From contig DATFEP010000067.1 in NCBI GenBank assembly GCA_035250975.1, forward strand, positions 44,144 through 108,143: a stretch of DNA of 64,000 nt, in the 5' to 3' direction. Below are positions 59,523 to 64,000 of this stretch, one piece after another. A program made the position numbers and the translations under genes. Within the stretch, counting starts at the first letter, position 1; every line of letters starts with the position of its first letter. The notes under the pieces are model-generated. The model was not told where the DNA came from, ran no database searches, and saw nothing but the letters and a program-made list of their open reading frames with translations. The stretch is from Nitrososphaeraceae archaeon (GTDB taxonomy: Archaea; Thermoproteota; Nitrososphaeria; Nitrososphaerales; Nitrososphaeraceae).

Positions 59523-60644
59523 CTATACTGCGTTAATTTTTTTGATAATTGTTAAAATATCCTGATCAGTCAAGATATGATCCAAACCTACTTTTTGTCC
59601 TTCGAATTTAACACTATTCCCCCACACTAATGCGAATTTAAAATCTCTAAGCAAATTTCTATGTAATTTAGCACAAATGTCTTTCACTCTTGTTCCTTTT
59701 CTCACTATTAGTGGTTCTTCAAAATCAGTTTCTTTTCCCTTTGGTCTCATGTATATCCTTATAAATTCCAATTTTTGAAAAATAGACTCTTTTAATTTTT
59801 CTATATTTTTAGTTGAATCTGCTGAAACTGGAATAAAGGTATCTGGAAAGTTTTTTACAATTTCATTCAGATTATTGTTATCAATCAAATCTATTTTATT
59901 CAGAACTGTTATACATTGCGGATACACCCTATTCTCAGATAATACGTCAATCAAATCATCGGTGGTAAAATTTTTCTCCCTGATAGTTATTCTGCCATTA
60001 TGTATGCCATAAATTTTACACATTTCCCTGACTAATGGTTCTGGGACCTGTATACTGGAATCCGAGCTTACCGATACACCGCCTCTTTCAGTTTTTGCAA
60101 CCAGAACATGGGGTGGTTTTTTATTAACCTTAATACCAATCTCGGATAATTCTTTAATTAAAATAGAATAATGATGTGGGTGAAAAACATCTACAATTAC
60201 TAAAACGAGGTCGGCATTCCTAGCTACTGATAAGACCTTCTTACCCATTCCTTTCCCTGAAGCAGCACCCTTAATTATACCAGGCAAATCGATTATCTGT
60301 ATCTTTGCTCCGCGATAATTCATCATACCAGGAATAGCAGTTAGTGTTGTAAATTGGTATGAAGCAATTCTCGAGTTTGCATTTGTTAGGGCATTAAGAA
60401 GCGTTGATTTCCCAACACTTGGAAATCCTATGAGAACCACTGTTGCATCACCTTCTTTTTTTACATCATATCCAGTACTTCCTTTGCCGGATGATACCGT
60501 TCTCCCGTGTTTATTTTCCTCTAGATCTCTTCTTAATTTTGCAATTTTTGCCTTTAAAAGGCCTATATGGAATTCCGTAGCTTTATTTATTTGTGTTTTG
60601 TGAATTTCATCTTCTATCGCTTTAATTTTTTCAGGAATTCCCAT
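59523..60644 (-). CDS. DRG/OBG family GTPase with TGS domain
   Basis: NKATE.H.G.LKAK.A, GFPSVGKS, FTT, DLPG, NKID. Confidence 0.93.
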   Translation of the reverse strand: MGIPEKIKAIEDEIHKTQINKATEFHIGLLKAKIAKLRRDLEENKHGRTVSSGKGSTGYDVKKEGDATVVLIGFPSVGKSTLLNALTNANSRIASYQFTTLTAIPGMMNYRGAKIQIIDLPGIIKGAASGKGMGKKVLSVARNADLVLVIVDVFHPHHYSILIKELSEIGIKVNKKPPHVLVAKTERGGVSVSSDSSIQVPEPLVREMCKIYGIHNGRITIREKNFTTDDLIDVLSENRVYPQCITVLNKIDLIDNNNLNEIVKNFPDTFIPVSADSTKNIEKLKESIFQKLEFIRIYMRPKGKETDFEEPLIVRKGTRVKDICAKLHRNLLRDFKFALVWGNSVKFEGQKVGLDHILTDQDILTIIKKINAV

Positions 60645-60687
60645 TTCTACAATAATATAATGATCATAGACAATTAAAAAATCTTAT

Positions 60688-61239
60688 CTAGAAAATTCTA
60701 AAAAATTTCAAACCATGCATTAAGGCTATTAGCGAACCTGAAGCCATCATAAGGATCCATGGCATTGCAGGTAATTTTGGAGAATCAAGAGTAATCTGAT
60801 GATTGTCAATAACATGGGTTATATAGTCCCTGACTTTAGCATTCCAGATCTTGTATTCTATCTTGTGTTTTTTCAATATAGATTCTATTTCATAAATCAC
60901 AGGACATCTTACTGACCTAATATGTTGAATATATTTCCTTGAAATTTCAACCTCTCCTTGAAGTGCTATTAAACCATGATTTATTTCTAAAAGTCTGACA
61001 TGTATTTCCCAAGGTTTTTTCAATCTCTTGGCAAATCCATGACCTATTTGTCCAGGTTTCTTATTTTCAAATTTTACCTTTTTAAATCCTTCAGCTATAA
61101 GAGTTTGAACTATTTCATCTTTTCTGATTTTTACCATCAAACTCAGATGATCAAATTGTATATCCTCGAATTTTATTAATTCTTGTATTCCTTTTAATAT
61201 ATTTATTTTTCTAGGATATCTAGTAAGGAACTCTGACAT
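60688..61239 (-). CDS. Conserved hypothetical protein with C-terminal TM
   Basis: 183 aa; PWE.HVRL...EVEISR.Y..H. Confidence 0.7.
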   Translation of the reverse strand: MSEFLTRYPRKINILKGIQELIKFEDIQFDHLSLMVKIRKDEIVQTLIAEGFKKVKFENKKPGQIGHGFAKRLKKPWEIHVRLLEINHGLIALQGEVEISRKYIQHIRSVRCPVIYEIESILKKHKIEYKIWNAKVRDYITHVIDNHQITLDSPKLPAMPWILMMASGSLIALMHGLKFFRIF

Positions 61240-61302
61240 TCGGTTATTAAAATTTTGAGGTCATAGTTATATTAAAATGCTATGCTGATAATACAACTAT
61301 TC

Positions 61303-62058
61303 TCAAGCAAGAGGTTTATATCCTCTAAGATAAATGTCGTTATTGTAATCTATTGCAAGATTCTTCCAAGTCAATCTTCTATCAGTTAGAGGTACATTTG
61401 AACCACGAATAACAACTATAGGTATAGATTCGTCACTTTCTCCCATCATAAATGTTCCCATAGTTGCGAAGCAATCGGCAGAAGCCTTTAGAGTGTATTT
61501 GATTTTTTTACCCCAGAGATCTTTTTTTCCTCTTAAATCTTCAACGGGTTCTATTCCGGAACATCCAATAGCTACACCGATAGTACCTATCCGTGTTGGC
61601 ATCAACCTACTGTCTGAAATAATAACACCAATCTTCAATCCATGTTTTACAAGGAAATGTGTTCTAATATTTTCAGCTGTCGTAAAAGGATCCTTTGGCA
61701 AGCATATTACATAATTTTCTGGAACATTAGATTTGTCTATACCTGCGTTGGGAGCTAAAATACCGTCCTTTATGGAAAGTAAAAATCCTGGTAATCCACC
61801 AAATATAATATCCGATTCTCTGATTACCATTTCAACAAATCTTGCATCCATATAGTACTGACTTGCAAGTTTCTTTGCCTCTTGACTAACTTTTACAGCT
61901 GAAAGATCAACTAGAGATCCCTCACTCATAGAAACAAATTTACTTGAAATAACTATAACATCGCCCTCTTTAAAAATAAAGTTGGTCGATTCAATAACAT
62001 TTGGTAGGTTAAAAAGTGTTTTTTTAGTTTTAATCTTTAAAGCAAATATTTCGATCAA
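61303..62058 (-). CDS. cofE: Coenzyme F420:L-glutamate ligase
   Basis: SSKFVS..EG, NAGID.SN, VIISDS, D.RG..D, MGE.DE..P.VVIRG. Confidence 0.9.
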   Translation of the reverse strand: MIEIFALKIKTKKTLFNLPNVIESTNFIFKEGDVIVISSKFVSMSEGSLVDLSAVKVSQEAKKLASQYYMDARFVEMVIRESDIIFGGLPGFLLSIKDGILAPNAGIDKSNVPENYVICLPKDPFTTAENIRTHFLVKHGLKIGVIISDSRLMPTRIGTIGVAIGCSGIEPVEDLRGKKDLWGKKIKYTLKASADCFATMGTFMMGESDESIPIVVIRGSNVPLTDRRLTWKNLAIDYNNDIYLRGYKPLA

Positions 62059-62151
62059 TTCAATATTTATTAAATAATTAATATAGTTACATTTTTATTT
62101 TTTTAGAAAGTCTTAATTCTTAGAAACTGAAATTTTGGTTGAAAAAAGAAA

Positions 62152-63429
62152 ATGGGAATGAATATTACTGAAAAAATATTAGCCAGGGCATCAGGTAAAT
62201 CTATTGTTTCGCCTGATGACGTAGTAATAGCAAATATAGACAAGGTGATGATTCATGACGTTTCTGGTCCTGGTGTCATTAAAGTTTTCTCCGAATGGGA
62301 AAAGAAGGGTATTAAATTAGAACATGTGTGGGATCCGGATAAAGTATGGATCACCGAAGATCACTTCGTTCCTGCATCAGATACAATATCTGCTAATAAT
62401 ATTTCACTTTTATCTAATTGGTCGAAGAAATACAATATTAAAAAACACTATAAATATGGTTTAGGCCAGTATGGGATCTGCCATACATTATCTCATGAAG
62501 AAGGTTTGATTTTGCCTGGTGAGGCATATGTGGGTGGTGATTCTCACACAAATACTTCTGGAGCTATCGGAGCGCTTGCTGTTGGATTAGGACATACAGA
62601 TATTGCTTATGTTATTATGAATGGAAAAATTTGGTTTAAAGTTCCAGAGACAATATTATTCAAACTCAGTGGAAAAAAACCAGAACATATTATGGCAAAA
62701 GACATTATTTTAAAAATTATTGGAGATATCGGAACTGACGGTGCCAATTACAAGACAATGCAATTTACAGGAGAGGTCGTTGAAAATTTGGTGATGGAGG
62801 AAAGATTAACACTTACAAATATGACAACAGAAGCAGGAGCTAAAAATGGGATAATTGAACCAGATAATACAACCTATGAATATTTAAGTTCCAGAACGAC
62901 TGAGGGTTATTATCCTATATTGGGTGACCGTGATGCAGAATATTCTGAAATTTATACATACGAAATTGAAGAATTAGAACCTACCATTGCGAAACCATTC
63001 TCTCCTCAGAACATCACCGTCGCAAGAGAATTGCAAGGGATTGAATTGGATAAAGCATACATAGGGTCTTGTACTGGAGCTAAATTGGAAGACCTGAGAA
63101 TGGCTGCCAAAATCTTGAAGGGAAAAAAGGTAAAAATCAGGACAGAGGTGGTTCCTGCAGCACAGTCAATATACCTAAAAGCAGTAAATGAGGGATTGAT
63201 AAATATTTTCATAGAAGCTGGTGCCGTTGTTGGTCCGCCAACATGTGGAGCCTGTTGTGGTGCTCATATGGGAGTACTCGCAAAAGACGAGATATGTATA
63301 AGTACGACTAACAGGAACTTTCCCGGAAGAATGGGTCATATCGAATCCAAAACATATTTAGCTTCACCTTTGGTAGTTGCAGCCTCAGCAATTAGTGGAA
63401 AAATAGTAGATCCAAGAGATGTGAGATAA
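62152..63429 (+). CDS. leuC: 3-isopropylmalate dehydratase (or homoaconitase-type) large subunit
   Basis: TEKILA, DH, GICH, DSHT, IGSCT, CGACCG, STTNRNF.GRMG. Confidence 0.9.
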   Translation: MGMNITEKILARASGKSIVSPDDVVIANIDKVMIHDVSGPGVIKVFSEWEKKGIKLEHVWDPDKVWITEDHFVPASDTISANNISLLSNWSKKYNIKKHYKYGLGQYGICHTLSHEEGLILPGEAYVGGDSHTNTSGAIGALAVGLGHTDIAYVIMNGKIWFKVPETILFKLSGKKPEHIMAKDIILKIIGDIGTDGANYKTMQFTGEVVENLVMEERLTLTNMTTEAGAKNGIIEPDNTTYEYLSSRTTEGYYPILGDRDAEYSEIYTYEIEELEPTIAKPFSPQNITVARELQGIELDKAYIGSCTGAKLEDLRMAAKILKGKKVKIRTEVVPAAQSIYLKAVNEGLINIFIEAGAVVGPPTCGACCGAHMGVLAKDEICISTTNRNFPGRMGHIESKTYLASPLVVAASAISGKIVDPRDVR

Positions 63430-63434
63430 AGAAA

Positions 63435-63917
63435 ATGAAAATTTTGAAAGGAAAGGTACACAAATATGACAAGGACAACATAGACACTGACGTCATTATT
63501 CCAGGTCCTTACCTCAAGATCCATGATCATAAAGAATTAGCAAAACATGCAATGGAAGGACTCGATCCTAATTTTTCAGACAAGATTTCTGAAGGAGATT
63601 TTCTTTTGACAGGCAAGAATTTTGGTTGCGGATCGAGCCGAGAACATGCGCCTATAGCATTACATGAAGTCGGTATAAGAGCAATTTTATCACCTTCATT
63701 TGCAAGAATCTTTTATAGAAATGCAGTAGACGGTGGATATTTGTTGCCAATTGAAATAGATAAAGACATAGTTATGAAAATTTCTGATCAAGACATATTG
63801 GAAATTGATCTAAAAGAAGATAAAATAACGAATTTGACTAAAAATGAGACATATTCTATCAAACCATTCCCAGAATTAATTTCAAAAATAATAAACGCAG
63901 GCGGCAAATCTTCATAA
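63435..63917 (+). CDS. leuD: 3-isopropylmalate dehydratase small subunit; last residues possibly altered
   Basis: NIDTDVIIPG, NFGCGSSREHA, SFARIFYRN; ends AGGKSS* at a composition shift. Confidence 0.88.
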   Translation: MKILKGKVHKYDKDNIDTDVIIPGPYLKIHDHKELAKHAMEGLDPNFSDKISEGDFLLTGKNFGCGSSREHAPIALHEVGIRAILSPSFARIFYRNAVDGGYLLPIEIDKDIVMKISDQDILEIDLKEDKITNLTKNETYSIKPFPELISKIINAGGKSS

Positions 63918-64000
63918 TCTTCATCAATGTCCATGTCATTGCGGTTTTTGGAGCGGCTAGTCCCAGAAGTAGCTTTAGCAGTGTGTTGTTGACGTTGGGC

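Noticed and set aside
1-64000. CRISPR arrays, rRNA, SRP RNA, RNase P RNA, inteins
   Set aside because: No regularly spaced repeats or long GC-rich structured segments seen; RadA, SufB and TopIB are of normal length.

Overview
AT-rich (roughly 30% GC by eye) archaeal chromosome segment. The gene content points to an ammonia-oxidising thaumarchaeon of the Nitrososphaeraceae/Nitrosocosmicus type (type IB topoisomerase, split CofG/CofH, membrane cupredoxin, characteristic small Cys-rich proteins). It is mostly housekeeping: SRP54, Dph6, a Pus10-like protein, ProRS, AspRS, EF-1beta, uL16/eL21, Rpo4, RadA, KsgA, F420 genes, SufS/SufU and SufB/SufD, a full tetrapyrrole operon, LeuCD and four tRNAs (Tyr with two introns, Met, Glu, Gly). 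The main signal missing from the ORF track is four box C/D guide sRNA genes, at 4939-5028(-), 31853-31942(+), 39516-39576(+) and 58773-58839(+), each with boxes and a terminal stem. Their guides match the 23S peptidyl-transferase region, 23S H69-H71, 16S h18 and the anticodon arm of the tRNA-Met encoded in this window. The rRNA targets come from recalled consensus rRNA, which is not in the window; two predicted sites coincide with eukaryotic snoRNA-guided methylations. Other oddities: a splicing-endonuclease subunit broken by a -1 frameshift in an A-run, C54 in two tRNAs alongside a degenerate Pus10, a diverged second HemB, an uncharacterised AAA+ ATPase/wHTH-coiled-coil pair, possible decayed IS remnants, and a GC-shifted, possibly chimeric last ~95 nt.
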